Part shown: positions 27,471 through 36,885 of the stretch, in pieces
Position numbering within the stretch: position 1 is the first letter of the stretch
How the letters are laid out: every line of letters begins with the position of its first letter
NCBI GenBank assembly: GCA_964624855.1
Contig: CAZUZW010000009.1
Coordinates: 2,921-66,920, forward strand
Source: an uncultured Vicinamibacteraceae bacterium
GTDB taxonomy: Bacteria; Acidobacteriota; Vicinamibacteria; Vicinamibacterales; UBA8438
Reading direction: 5' to 3'
Length of the DNA stretch: 64,000 nt
The notes under the pieces: model-generated
Databases searched by the model: none
What the model was told of the DNA's origin: nothing
The model's input: the letters and a program-made list of their open reading frames with translations, nothing else
Program-made: the position numbers and the translations under genes

Positions 27471-28096
27471 AGCGAGTTCGATACCAGCTGCTGGTGGTCG
27501 TGGTCTTAATTTCACCCTTAGTGGGTGAGTGGTCCGTAGCTTTAGCACAACCACCAAATCGGTATCGCGTTGTAATTCTATCGGCCCCAGACATGCTCGA
27601 TCGCACCGAAATTGTTCACGAGGCGATTGTGTTTTGGAACCGCACTTTCGAGGAACTTGAGCTTTCAACACGATTGATCGAGACGACGTTGACCACAACC
27701 TCTGATAGCTCACGTGTTCTTGAAAACTATACGCGACAGGTGTGGCAGCAGGCCGGCAGGCTGTCACCGGGTGGGCCCGGGCCAAAGGAACCTGGTGAAC
27801 TCAAGCAACTTGACGCTGATGTGGTGGTGTTTCTGTCCGAACAACCGACCATGTCGTTCGCATGGCCGCTTGGTCAGTCAACTGCTTTCTTCGTAGCGGT
27901 TCCTGCGCAGACATTTACACCGAACATCATGGCACACGAATTAGGTCACGCCTTGGGACTGACACATCACGACGACCCTAAGGTGCTGATGTGCAGTCCA
28001 TGCCAAGACGCCCAGGTCATTGATGACGGCTCGTTTCTCCCACTGACATCCGGTGACCGACGTCGACTCAAAGTATTACATAGGCCAACGCCGTAA
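27467..28096 (+). CDS. Secreted zinc metalloprotease, metzincin-type
   Basis: HELGHALGLTHH (HExxHxxGxxH). Probable TTG start at 27467 overlapping the SDR stop gives the signal-like LKRVRYQLLVVVVLISPLVGEWSVALAQ. Start uncertain; the ORF opens at 27422. Confidence 0.6.
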   Translation: MKRVRYQLLVVVVLISPLVGEWSVALAQPPNRYRVVILSAPDMLDRTEIVHEAIVFWNRTFEELELSTRLIETTLTTTSDSSRVLENYTRQVWQQAGRLSPGGPGPKEPGELKQLDADVVVFLSEQPTMSFAWPLGQSTAFFVAVPAQTFTPNIMAHELGHALGLTHHDDPKVLMCSPCQDAQVIDDGSFLPLTSGDRRRLKVLHRPTP

Positions 28097-28118
28097 CCAC
28101 GATAAGGTTATTTTTGTA

Positions 28119-28994
28119 CTACTCGTAGTATGCCGGCGCGGTGTTGAGTTGTTGAAACAACGCAAGTTCGTGTTGGATCCAGAAGGTCGCGCCGACTTCA
28201 GCGACGAACGATTCCACTCGCTCCATCGACTCTCGTGTCATCTGTTCATCAACGTTAAAAACCGGCACGCGCCGTTCTTCACGGCTCAGTCTGAAGTGAT
28301 ACAAGTCTCCAGAGAGCACAAGCGGACCGGTCTCGGCCAAGTCGAGGAACAGCACCTGATGGCCAGGGGTGTGTCCTGGTGCCGAGAGAATACGAACCCG
28401 CCCGTCACCAAAGACATCGTGGTCTCCGTTGAGCAGGACGTGCTCGGCGTCACGCAGGTTTTCATAGAGATCCGGTTGAGTCGCAGGCACGCTAATGGTT
28501 TCTGCGAACATTGCCTCGTGTTCAACCTGCTGGACGAGCCAGGTCGCGCCAGACACGTCGTTGGCTGCCCCAACGTGGTCAAAATGCATGTGAGAAAAGG
28601 CCACGTAGTCCAGAGAATTCAAGTCAAAACCTAAGTCCAATTCGGCCAACTGGTCAGCGAGTGTGCGGTCAAGCCGCTGGTTGCCGTCTCCTCCCTCGAC
28701 ACCAGCGAGTGATGAGGGGAGCCCGGCGTCCCACAACATGCGCCCATCGGGATGGTCAACGATGTAACAGGGGATAGCTAATTCACGTACATCGGTTTCG
28801 TCATCTTGAATACTAAAACCGGCAGGACTGTCGACTCCTAGGCGGCCGCAATCGAAGATGTAGAGTTTGAGCGATGTTTCAGAGTTCGTTTCGGTTACTT
28901 CTGGTGCTGGTGCTGCCGATTCTTCTGGTTCACCACCGCCGCATCCCACTAGTAACAATAGACAGGCCCATAGACTCGTACGAAGTGTTGTCAT
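28119..28994 (-). CDS. Metallo-beta-lactamase-fold hydrolase lipoprotein (lactonase-like)
   Basis: Lipobox LLLLVGC. HxHxDH motif in FSHMHFDHVG. A later GHTPGH is present. Confidence 0.8.
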   Translation of the reverse strand: MTTLRTSLWACLLLLVGCGGGEPEESAAPAPEVTETNSETSLKLYIFDCGRLGVDSPAGFSIQDDETDVRELAIPCYIVDHPDGRMLWDAGLPSSLAGVEGGDGNQRLDRTLADQLAELDLGFDLNSLDYVAFSHMHFDHVGAANDVSGATWLVQQVEHEAMFAETISVPATQPDLYENLRDAEHVLLNGDHDVFGDGRVRILSAPGHTPGHQVLFLDLAETGPLVLSGDLYHFRLSREERRVPVFNVDEQMTRESMERVESFVAEVGATFWIQHELALFQQLNTAPAYYE

Positions 28995-29062
28995 GTTGAT
29001 GTGCCTCTAGAAAGTCATAGGGCGCCAATCACCCGCGTGTGATTGGCGCCCTGTTCAATAAC

Positions 29063-30214
29063 TTAGTCGCGGTAGCTGCTAGTCGGCGGCAACTGAGCGC
29101 CGGATAGGTCGTCCGGTACGCTCTCTTCAGCGACGACCTTGTGCGTCAGCGTCCCTATTCCCTCGATGCTTGCGGTGATCGTCTCGCCCGCCTGCAGGTA
29201 GCCAGAACCTGTCGCTCGCTCGACGCGGCCGGCGCCGGTTCCGCCGGACGTCCCGCTTTGGAGAACGTCACCAGGGAACAACGTGATCAACGACGACGCG
29301 TACTCGATCAGTTCCGGGATGTTGTGGATCATGTCTCCAGCCCTAGCCTCCTGGACGGTCACGCCGTCGATAACGAGGCTCTGGTGCAGACGCTCCATCG
29401 GATCGCCGTAGAACTCCTTGGGAACAATCCACGGACCTTGGGGTGCGAACGTGTCATGGCCCTTGCCGACGAACCAGTCCGAGCGGGTGCCGTAGCCCCC
29501 GGGTGGACGCCCGCCACGATCGGATATATCCATGGCGACCATGTAGCCGAACACGTGGTCGTATGCACGACTCGCGGAGATGTATTTGCCCGCGCGGCCG
29601 AATACGATAGCCATTTCGACTTCCCATTCGATCCGGTCACGGCCGTAGGGCATCACGACGTCGTCGCCGCTACCGATGACCGCGCCGCGGCCCGGCTTGA
29701 GGAAGAGATAGGGTACGCCCCGATCCTCCTGCCGTTCCCGCGTCCGCTCCGCCAGTTCCTCGGAGGTGCAGCCTTCACACGCGTGGGTATAGAAGTTGAC
29801 CGCCGCGTTCATCATCTTGCCCGGGTACATGATCGGGGGCCGGATGCGAAGCTCAGACACGTCGTAGACGTAGTCGGCACGACTGCTTCCGGCGAGTCGG
29901 TTGTTGCCGATTGCGTCGTTGACGATTTCATACAGCCGGTATCTGAGACCGTATTCATAGCGCCCGATTAATTCCAGCATGTCTTCCGGCATTGGTACAT
30001 GTGGATACTCCGGGTTCGCTTCCAGTGCCATGTTCGCGACCTCGATGTCGATTACCAGGGAGTCCCGGAGGACAACTCCGACATGTGGTACACCGTGGAT
30101 ATCGAAGGTCCCAACTTTAAACGGTTCAACCGGCTCAGCCCCAGGACCTTGAGCTAAAGACGTTGAGGCCGCTGCTAAGACAATCACCATCGTAAGTAAT
30201 GAAAGTTTTCGCAT
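29063..30214 (-). CDS. Fumarylacetoacetate hydrolase (FAH)-family protein with signal peptide
   Basis: The C-terminal half (VNFYTHA...FLKPG...EVEMAIVFG...GKGHDTFAPQGPW...LFPGDVLQSGTSGGTG) is FAH-family-like. The internal Met start MRKLSLLTMVIVLAAASTSLAQG gives a signal peptide. Confidence 0.8.
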   Translation of the reverse strand: MRKLSLLTMVIVLAAASTSLAQGPGAEPVEPFKVGTFDIHGVPHVGVVLRDSLVIDIEVANMALEANPEYPHVPMPEDMLELIGRYEYGLRYRLYEIVNDAIGNNRLAGSSRADYVYDVSELRIRPPIMYPGKMMNAAVNFYTHACEGCTSEELAERTRERQEDRGVPYLFLKPGRGAVIGSGDDVVMPYGRDRIEWEVEMAIVFGRAGKYISASRAYDHVFGYMVAMDISDRGGRPPGGYGTRSDWFVGKGHDTFAPQGPWIVPKEFYGDPMERLHQSLVIDGVTVQEARAGDMIHNIPELIEYASSLITLFPGDVLQSGTSGGTGAGRVERATGSGYLQAGETITASIEGIGTLTHKVVAEESVPDDLSGAQLPPTSSYRD

Positions 30215-30296
30215 GTTTCTCCTTATGGTGCTACAGGATACGGTATCGGTTTTACCTCTGCCTAGACGGGGTGTCAAGAATTACCGGTAGTCTTTT

Positions 30297-30680
30297 TTAA
30301 GGTGCACGCATCGCACTGAGAGCAAGGATGAGCCATCCTGCTACGAAACAAAGACCTCCAATTGGAGTGATGGCACCGAGCCAACGAACACCGGTGATGG
30401 ATAGCAGGTAGAGGCTTCCAGAAAAAACCACGATTCCCGCCACAAACAGCCACCCCGAGGCAGAAATCCATGTGTTCGGCCACCGTGTCGTGGCCCAGGC
30501 CACCGCCAGTAGTGCCAGTCCGTGGACCAAGTGGTACCGCACGCCAGTTTCGAAAACGGCCAGCATTTCAGGTGTCACGCGGCCTCGGAGTCCGTGGGCA
30601 CCGAAAGCTCCCAGGAGCACCCCTAATCCACACATCACCGCCCCGGCGGCGAACCAAGTTGCAACCATGCTTCGTATCAT
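30297..30680 (-). CDS. DUF423 family small membrane protein
   Basis: LLGAFGAHGLRGRV...GVRYHLVHGLALL pattern of DUF423 (YgdD-like); 4 TM helices. Confidence 0.75.
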   Translation of the reverse strand: MIRSMVATWFAAGAVMCGLGVLLGAFGAHGLRGRVTPEMLAVFETGVRYHLVHGLALLAVAWATTRWPNTWISASGWLFVAGIVVFSGSLYLLSITGVRWLGAITPIGGLCFVAGWLILALSAMRAP

Positions 30681-30761
30681 ACATGGCGAGTCGCCGCAGT
30701 ATTGGGTGATTGTCGTATAGACTCACTGTATTCTTCCCATTTTTCTTGAGAGACAGTCGAT

Positions 30762-32033
30762 ATGAGATCTATCGCCTCGATGATGCTAGGTGTTTCCCTT
30801 CTAGTGGTCTGGCCGGTTCACGCTCAGGTTGGGCGACCAGTTTTAGAAGAGGTAGAACGCCAGCGGGATCCATTGATCGAGACCATGAAAGAACTTGTTT
30901 CGATCGAGTCAGGAAGTCGTGATTTTGAAGGACTTTCGACGATTGCCGGTGTCATCGGCGGTCGGTTAGAGGAATTGGGAGGCGATGTTGAATTTGTGGA
31001 TCCGGCCGATGTTTATTCGATGCAGGACACGCCTGACCGGATTGGACGAAGCGTCGTTGCTCGGTTTCGAGGCGCGGGGAGTCGGCGAATTCTGCTTTTG
31101 GCGCATATGGATACGGTCTACCTCAAGGGCATGCTTGCTGAGCAGCCGTTCCGAATTGAAGGTGATCGAGCTTTCGGCTTGGGCATTGCTGATGACAAAC
31201 ACGGTATTGCCCTGATTATCCATACGTTAGCCACACTCAACGCGCTAGACTTTCGCGATTATGAACTCATCACGGTTTTGATTAACGCAGATGAAGAAGT
31301 GAGTTCTCCGGGTTCACGGTCGTTAATAACGAGACTCGGTAGCGAACATGACGTCGTTTTTTCTTGCGAGGGCGGTGGTCGTGATCGGGTTCGATTGGCA
31401 ACCTCAGGCATTGGTGCGTTCAAGTTAACAGTACGTGGACGTGCTTCCCATGCTGGTTCAGCTCCGGAACAGGGTCGCAACGCACTGTACGAACTAGCTC
31501 ACCAGATGATGCAAACCCGTGACCTTTCAGATCCGTCGACGGGTTTGAAGATGAATTGGACCATCGCTCAAGCCGGTGACACACGGAACGTGATTCCGGC
31601 TGAGGCTCAAGCCACTGCGGATGTACGGGCGCTTTCGCCGGAAGATTTTGACCGCATTGAGGCTGAGGTGAACCAGCGGGTTACTCGAAAACTTATTGAA
31701 GGCACGGAGATAGACCTAATTTTCGAACGTCGTCGTCCGCCGCTCAAGGCAACCGATACCTCTCGGGCGCTTGCACGGCACGCGCAGCGTATCTATAGAG
31801 AAGTAGATCGAGAGTTGACTGTGAATGAGGAAGCTTCTGGGGGCGGGACCGACGCGGCGTTTGCCGCGCTGGAAACAGAAGCTCCGGTCATTGAAGGGAT
31901 GGGCCTCGAAGGGTTCGGTGCGCACTCGAACAATGCGGAATATGTCGAACTTGCTTCTATAGAGCCACGATTGTATTTGTTGACGCGATTGATCATCGAC
32001 GTTGCGAAGGGAGAAACTGGTGTCCTGGAGTGA
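30762..32033 (+). CDS. Secreted M20-family metallopeptidase (carboxypeptidase G2-like)
   Basis: Signal peptide. LLLAHMDTVY and GIADDKHG metal-binding motifs, plus NADEEVSSPGS. Confidence 0.85.
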   Translation: MRSIASMMLGVSLLVVWPVHAQVGRPVLEEVERQRDPLIETMKELVSIESGSRDFEGLSTIAGVIGGRLEELGGDVEFVDPADVYSMQDTPDRIGRSVVARFRGAGSRRILLLAHMDTVYLKGMLAEQPFRIEGDRAFGLGIADDKHGIALIIHTLATLNALDFRDYELITVLINADEEVSSPGSRSLITRLGSEHDVVFSCEGGGRDRVRLATSGIGAFKLTVRGRASHAGSAPEQGRNALYELAHQMMQTRDLSDPSTGLKMNWTIAQAGDTRNVIPAEAQATADVRALSPEDFDRIEAEVNQRVTRKLIEGTEIDLIFERRRPPLKATDTSRALARHAQRIYREVDRELTVNEEASGGGTDAAFAALETEAPVIEGMGLEGFGAHSNNAEYVELASIEPRLYLLTRLIIDVAKGETGVLE

Positions 32034-33135
32034 GTCGGTTGGACGCTGGACTGTTGGGAGTTTACTCATTGCGATGGTGGTAACTGTGGAAGGTGCTGCT
32101 GCTCAAGTCATTGATGCCGACTTAGCTGGTCGTTTTGCACGGCTTGCCCTTAATTGTGTCGAGAGAGAGTACCCCAACAAAATTTCGCATGTTCTTAATG
32201 GTGATACGGACGCGCGAACTCCGCGAGAGTTGACTCCGGCGTTCTATGGATGCTTCGATTGGCACTCGTCTGTACATGGGCATTGGCTGCTTGCCCGACT
32301 GACACGAGTACTTCCAGATGGCACGTTTGTTCCCGCCGCACGTAGGGCATTAGCTCGCAGTTTAACGAATACGAACATCAAGGCAGAGGTCGCCTATCTG
32401 TCCGCCGACGGGCGGGCCACGTTCGAGCGGCCCTACGGTTTGGCTTGGTTGCTTCAACTGGCTTCCGAACTGCGGGAGTGGGACGATGACGAGGCAAAGG
32501 GGTGGCTGGCGGCGCTTATCCCGTTAGAGACCCTCGGAGCTCAACGGGTCAAGGAGTGGCTTCCAAATTTGAGTTATCCGATTCGCGTGGGGGAACATTC
32601 ACAGACGGCGTTCGCTTTTGGTTTGATATTGGACTGGGCAAACGCCGCTGGTGACGTCGCAATGGCGGAGTTGTTGCACTCGAGGATTGATAGCTATTAC
32701 CAGGATGATCGAGATTGCCCGCTGCGGTATGAGCCATCAGGACAGGACTTTCTGTCGCCGTGTCTAGCGGAGGCCGACTTGATGCGCCGCGTTCAATCGC
32801 CAGAAATTTTTTCACGGTGGCTGACGGCTTTTTTGCCGGATATTCCGACTGACGTTGAGAATAACGCAGTGCCATGGCTGAAACCGGAAATTGTCACAGA
32901 TCCCACTGACGGAAAGCTGGCGCATCTTGATGGGTTGAATCTCAGTCGAGCTTGGATGCTCGAAGGAATAGTGTCGGGTCTGCCTCTTGACGACCGCCGC
33001 CGGAGGCCTCTTGATGAGAGCGGTCAGGACCATCGAGTGGCGGGACTGGCATCAGTAACGGGACGGCATTACGAAGGTGGTCACTGGCTTGCCAGTTTTG
33101 CCACTTACCTAGTGACGCAGCGAGGGCTGCGGTAG
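32002..33135 (+). CDS. DUF2891 family protein
   Basis: LALNCVEREYPNKISHVLNGDTDARTPRELTPAFYGCFDWHSSVHGHW is the block I associate with DUF2891. Start uncertain (TTG 32002 or GTG 32020, both overlapping the M20 gene end). Confidence 0.6.
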   Translation: MRREKLVSWSESVGRWTVGSLLIAMVVTVEGAAAQVIDADLAGRFARLALNCVEREYPNKISHVLNGDTDARTPRELTPAFYGCFDWHSSVHGHWLLARLTRVLPDGTFVPAARRALARSLTNTNIKAEVAYLSADGRATFERPYGLAWLLQLASELREWDDDEAKGWLAALIPLETLGAQRVKEWLPNLSYPIRVGEHSQTAFAFGLILDWANAAGDVAMAELLHSRIDSYYQDDRDCPLRYEPSGQDFLSPCLAEADLMRRVQSPEIFSRWLTAFLPDIPTDVENNAVPWLKPEIVTDPTDGKLAHLDGLNLSRAWMLEGIVSGLPLDDRRRRPLDESGQDHRVAGLASVTGRHYEGGHWLASFATYLVTQRGLR

Positions 33136-33163
33136 GGCATAGACGTTTAAAACAGGAGGTCTC

Positions 33164-33757
33164 ATGCGTACTTTGGTACCTGTTCTTGCAGTGGTCTTGT
33201 TTTCATTCGTTCTCGGGAGATTGTCGGCACAGGATGTTCAACCGTCGTGTGATATGTGCCCGGCGACATATGTTTCGGCGGATGAGATAGAGGAATATGC
33301 CGAGTTGGGGCGAATGTCTGGCTTGGTCGACCAGCAAGTTCGATCCTTGGATGTTGGAAAAACCAATGTTCAGATTGCTGTTGCCCATCGAGGTCAACTA
33401 ACCGAGCGACGTGGGCGTGTTGCGGAGCACGACTTAGTGACTGAGGTCTACTACGTGTTAAGCGGAGGAGGCACAGTGTTAACGAGCCCTGACTTGGTTA
33501 ACAAACAGCGAAGGCCGCCTGATAACCGAGCGGTGATGTTTCTTAATGGTCCTGGGAATAATGCAGAAGATGTTCGTAACGGGGTCATTAATGAACTTAA
33601 AGCTGGAGACATTTTTGTGATTCCGGCGGGTACTGGCCACGAATTTACCAAGATTGACGACCATATCACGTATCTAATGGTTCGCGCGGACCCGGACAAA
33701 GTGGTGCCTTTGATGGATGCTGCTGCCTCTCGGGCCTATTTGGAAAGTGAACGATAG
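33164..33757 (+). CDS. Secreted cupin-domain protein
   Basis: AGGAGG lies 7 nt upstream of the ATG. Signal peptide present. Cupin-like EVYYVLSGGG...LKAGDIFVIPAGTGHEF. Confidence 0.55.
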   Translation: MRTLVPVLAVVLFSFVLGRLSAQDVQPSCDMCPATYVSADEIEEYAELGRMSGLVDQQVRSLDVGKTNVQIAVAHRGQLTERRGRVAEHDLVTEVYYVLSGGGTVLTSPDLVNKQRRPPDNRAVMFLNGPGNNAEDVRNGVINELKAGDIFVIPAGTGHEFTKIDDHITYLMVRADPDKVVPLMDAAASRAYLESER

Positions 33758-33775
33758 AGCAGCCTGCAAGAGCAG

Positions 33776-34426
33776 ATGACGAAGCGTAGTTTGTTTGTCA
33801 GATCGATTGTTACCCTAGGCGTCTTGGTGGGGCTCGGCATGCTTTTTGCCGCCACGCTTCGCAACGTTTCTTCTGAGCCGTACACAATCCATCCGGAGAA
33901 TTTGCAGGACTGGGTAATTGAATTGACGCCTGAGCAACGCTCCAGCGGAGCGGTCCTTTCACTGCGCCCGCCTTCTACGCTGTCGATGGTACTTTTTGAT
34001 CAAGTGTTTCAGCGGGCGATGGCATCGTTTTCAACACCGGCTACCCCTGCGGTTCCATTGATTTTGCGGAGGGAGTTTGATGCTGCGCTGTCGGGCGCGG
34101 TGTCGCTGGAAGAATTGATGCAGCTGGCACGGGCGGCTGGACTTGAAAATACCACGATGCAGCCGCGCTGCATGTCTGTTTACCGCACGTCTGTAGGACG
34201 AGAACAGCAGCTATTTTTTGTGCTTTTCGATTTTCCTGAATTTTACGCGTTTCGTGCCAAAGTCAGTGAATTGCTACATTCGCGCAATAGCGGAGGAACA
34301 CCTTTTGATCCCGAGTACTTGACCGCCGCACTGTTGGTGGCTGCATCCGAGGGCGCATCTTTTGATCACTTTCCGCCAAGGCAGGTCCTGGAGGCTGAAT
34401 GTGAGGCGCCCGTTGAGTCAGATTGA
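33776..34426 (+). CDS. Hypothetical protein with N-terminal membrane anchor
   Basis: Clean 216-aa ORF with an N-terminal TM helix (VTLGVLVGLGMLFAATL). No family recognised. Confidence 0.5.
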   Translation: MTKRSLFVRSIVTLGVLVGLGMLFAATLRNVSSEPYTIHPENLQDWVIELTPEQRSSGAVLSLRPPSTLSMVLFDQVFQRAMASFSTPATPAVPLILRREFDAALSGAVSLEELMQLARAAGLENTTMQPRCMSVYRTSVGREQQLFFVLFDFPEFYAFRAKVSELLHSRNSGGTPFDPEYLTAALLVAASEGASFDHFPPRQVLEAECEAPVESD

Positions 34427-34559
34427 TGTGGCGGTTACTGCTGGACGACTAGCTATGCAAGTGTAGCGGTCATGCCTTCATCTAAATGCCCGAAGAAATA
34501 GACAGCTTTGGTGTGAAGTCCAGATGTAAGAGTTTTGTTCAAAGATTGAGAGGCGGGTA

Positions 34560-35624
34560 ATGGTGTTGTTCAGGGGTGTTCTTACGTGCTTGTTTTTCAT
34601 CATGATCAGTGTTCCGCTGACTGCGGGACAGACTGGCAATCCCTCGTTACGAGTTGAACGGTTACTTGATCGACCGATCATTACGCCGTCACTCCATCCG
34701 ACGATAGGGCAAAATATTCAAGGTCCGTCGCTCATCCGTGTACCAGATTGGGTTGAGGATCCGCTCGGGACTTACTATCTGTATTTCGCAGATCACAAGG
34801 GGCGGTACATTCGATTAGCCTATGCAGACGATTTGTTGGGTCCGTGGCATATTCATCCCTCTGGTAGCCTCCAAATTGAAGAATCGCACTTCTTGACAGC
34901 TCCTCCAACGGTATCTGCGGAGGAACTCGAGCAAATACGCGTCAATAGACAGTCACGCGTGGTGATCGGATCGTCGATTTCGCATGATCTTCTGACCGAG
35001 GTGACTACGCCCCACATAGCGTCGCCTGACGTTCACGTTGATCACGAGAACCAGCGGGTGGTGATGTATTTCCACGGTCTTGAGGATGTGGGCCGGCAAG
35101 TGTCACGAGTTGCCATTTCCTCTGATGGGCTTATATTTGAGGCGCAGCCTCAGGTGCTCGGTCGAACGTATATGAGGGTGTTTGAACATCAGGGTGATAC
35201 GTATGCGATGTCTATGCCAGGACAGTTTTATCGGTCTTCCGATCCACTGAACGGTTTTCAGACTGGTCCTTTGCTCTTCAATCGGAACATGCGTCACGCG
35301 GGCTTACTGAAGCGAGAGGATACCTTGTTTGTCTTTTGGACACAGGTTGGTGATGTGCCAGAGCGCGTGTATCTCAGTCGTCTTGACCTCTCTGGTGATT
35401 GGATGTTGTGGCAAGAGACCGACCCGATTGAGGTTTTGCGACCGACCTATGCGTGGGAAGGAGCGGATGCGCCTCTTGAGCCGTCCGTGCGCAGTACCGC
35501 TTATGGCCATGTGAATCAGTTGCGCGACCCCGCGATCTTCGAGGAATCTGGGCGAATCTTTCTTCTCTACGCTGTGGCTGGTGAAAGCGGTATTGCGATT
35601 GCCGAGGTTCATGTCGAAGAGTAG
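34560..35624 (+). CDS. Hypothetical secreted protein, possibly a five-bladed beta-propeller glycosidase-like fold
   Basis: Signal peptide. GPSLIRVPDW...YYLYFADHKGRYIRLAYADDLLGPW resembles the first blade of GH43/GH32-clan propellers. Weak recognition. Confidence 0.4.
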   Translation: MVLFRGVLTCLFFIMISVPLTAGQTGNPSLRVERLLDRPIITPSLHPTIGQNIQGPSLIRVPDWVEDPLGTYYLYFADHKGRYIRLAYADDLLGPWHIHPSGSLQIEESHFLTAPPTVSAEELEQIRVNRQSRVVIGSSISHDLLTEVTTPHIASPDVHVDHENQRVVMYFHGLEDVGRQVSRVAISSDGLIFEAQPQVLGRTYMRVFEHQGDTYAMSMPGQFYRSSDPLNGFQTGPLLFNRNMRHAGLLKREDTLFVFWTQVGDVPERVYLSRLDLSGDWMLWQETDPIEVLRPTYAWEGADAPLEPSVRSTAYGHVNQLRDPAIFEESGRIFLLYAVAGESGIAIAEVHVEE

Positions 35625-35732
35625 TCTGACTGAGGCATTGAGCTGACTATCTGAGGATTTATGTAACGATCTAGCTTCGGCTTCAGACCGGTGCTATGCT
35701 TTCGGTTAATACGATTTGCAAGGAGGTTAACT

Positions 35733-36758
35733 GTGAAGATTCGATCCTTCGGCGTCGTTAGTCTTGCTGTGTTCTTTGTTGGAATTTCTATTGTCACTCC
35801 GGCATTTTCGCAAGATTCTGGGGACCGCTGGACCGCACCACGGACGGTTGATGGTCATCCAGATTTGCAAGGTGTGTGGGCGAACAATAATGCGACTCCT
35901 CTTCAGCGGCCTGAGATTCTTGGCGACCGCGAGCATCTGACAGAGGAAGAGCTTGCTACTATCCAATCACGTGCGGGCGAACTCTTCGCCCAAGACTCTG
36001 GTGACGCGGCATTCGGCGATAGCGTGTTTGCCGCTGCGTTGGCCGAGGCACAGAGTTTTTCGTCAAGCGACTCTGGCACAGGAAATTACAACCACTTTTG
36101 GCTCGTTGAACGTGACTGGGATACACGCACGTCATTGATTACTGACCCTCCGAGTGGCCGACTGCCATCGATCACTGTTGAAGGACAAGCTCGCGTGGAT
36201 GACCGAAGTGCTCGCCGAGGTATCCATGCTCGGTGGACCGATGACCGAAGTCTTGGTGAGCGATGTGTCAGTTTTGGTACCCCGCGTCTTGGTGCTGGGT
36301 ACAACAGCTACTATCAAGTTTTTCAAACGGATACCCACGTTGTCTTGTTGATGGAGATGGCTCACGATGCGCGGATTATCCCGTTGGATGGTGGCGCGCA
36401 TATCGATTCAGACATTCGACAGTGGCTTGGTGATTCACGAGGGCATTGGGACGGCGATACATTAGTAGTTGAAACTCGCAACTATTCGCCCAAGAGTTAT
36501 TTTATGGGGGCTGGAGAGAACCTTGAGATTACCGAGCGTTTCACACGTGTTGCTCCAGATGTGCTTCAGTATGAAGTCTCAGTGAATGATCCTTCGACTT
36601 GGGATGCGCCTTGGACCGCTATGATTCCACTTCGTCAGTCGGAAGACGCGGTGTTTGAATACGCCTGTCATGAAGGAAATATTGGGATGGAGGGTATTCT
36701 GGCTGGTGCGCGAGCTTTAGAGAAGGCTGAAGCGCAGACACAAGAAGGTTCTCGATAA
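35733..36758 (+). CDS. Conserved hypothetical secreted protein
   Basis: GTG at 35733 lies 7 nt after AAGGAGG. Signal peptide KIRSFGVVSLAVFFVGISIVTPAFSQ. Motifs HPDLQGVW, GHWDGDTLVVET and YACHEGN recur in uncharacterised proteins I have seen, but I know of no assigned function. Confidence 0.55.
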   Translation: MKIRSFGVVSLAVFFVGISIVTPAFSQDSGDRWTAPRTVDGHPDLQGVWANNNATPLQRPEILGDREHLTEEELATIQSRAGELFAQDSGDAAFGDSVFAAALAEAQSFSSSDSGTGNYNHFWLVERDWDTRTSLITDPPSGRLPSITVEGQARVDDRSARRGIHARWTDDRSLGERCVSFGTPRLGAGYNSYYQVFQTDTHVVLLMEMAHDARIIPLDGGAHIDSDIRQWLGDSRGHWDGDTLVVETRNYSPKSYFMGAGENLEITERFTRVAPDVLQYEVSVNDPSTWDAPWTAMIPLRQSEDAVFEYACHEGNIGMEGILAGARALEKAEAQTQEGSR

Positions 36759-36885
36759 CTGACTCCGAGACCGTGACGGCGTTCGATTGTTATCCGAGTG
36801 TCGTCTATTACAAAGGGTTTTTCGCCTTCTGGCGGCCGTGTTTCATGGCTGCCGGAAGGTGTTCTTCACATTGAGAAATTCGCTG

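Noticed and set aside
28053-28634. 193-aa plus-strand ORF
   Set aside because: It lies entirely antisense to the motif-supported MBL-fold gene (28119-28994) in a GC-rich stretch. The translated sequence is Arg/Val-rich with no recognisable family. Classic shadow ORF.
29141-29971. 276-aa plus-strand ORF
   Set aside because: It is antisense to the FAH-family gene. High GC suppresses stops in the opposite frame. It has an Arg/Ala-rich low-complexity composition and no start context.
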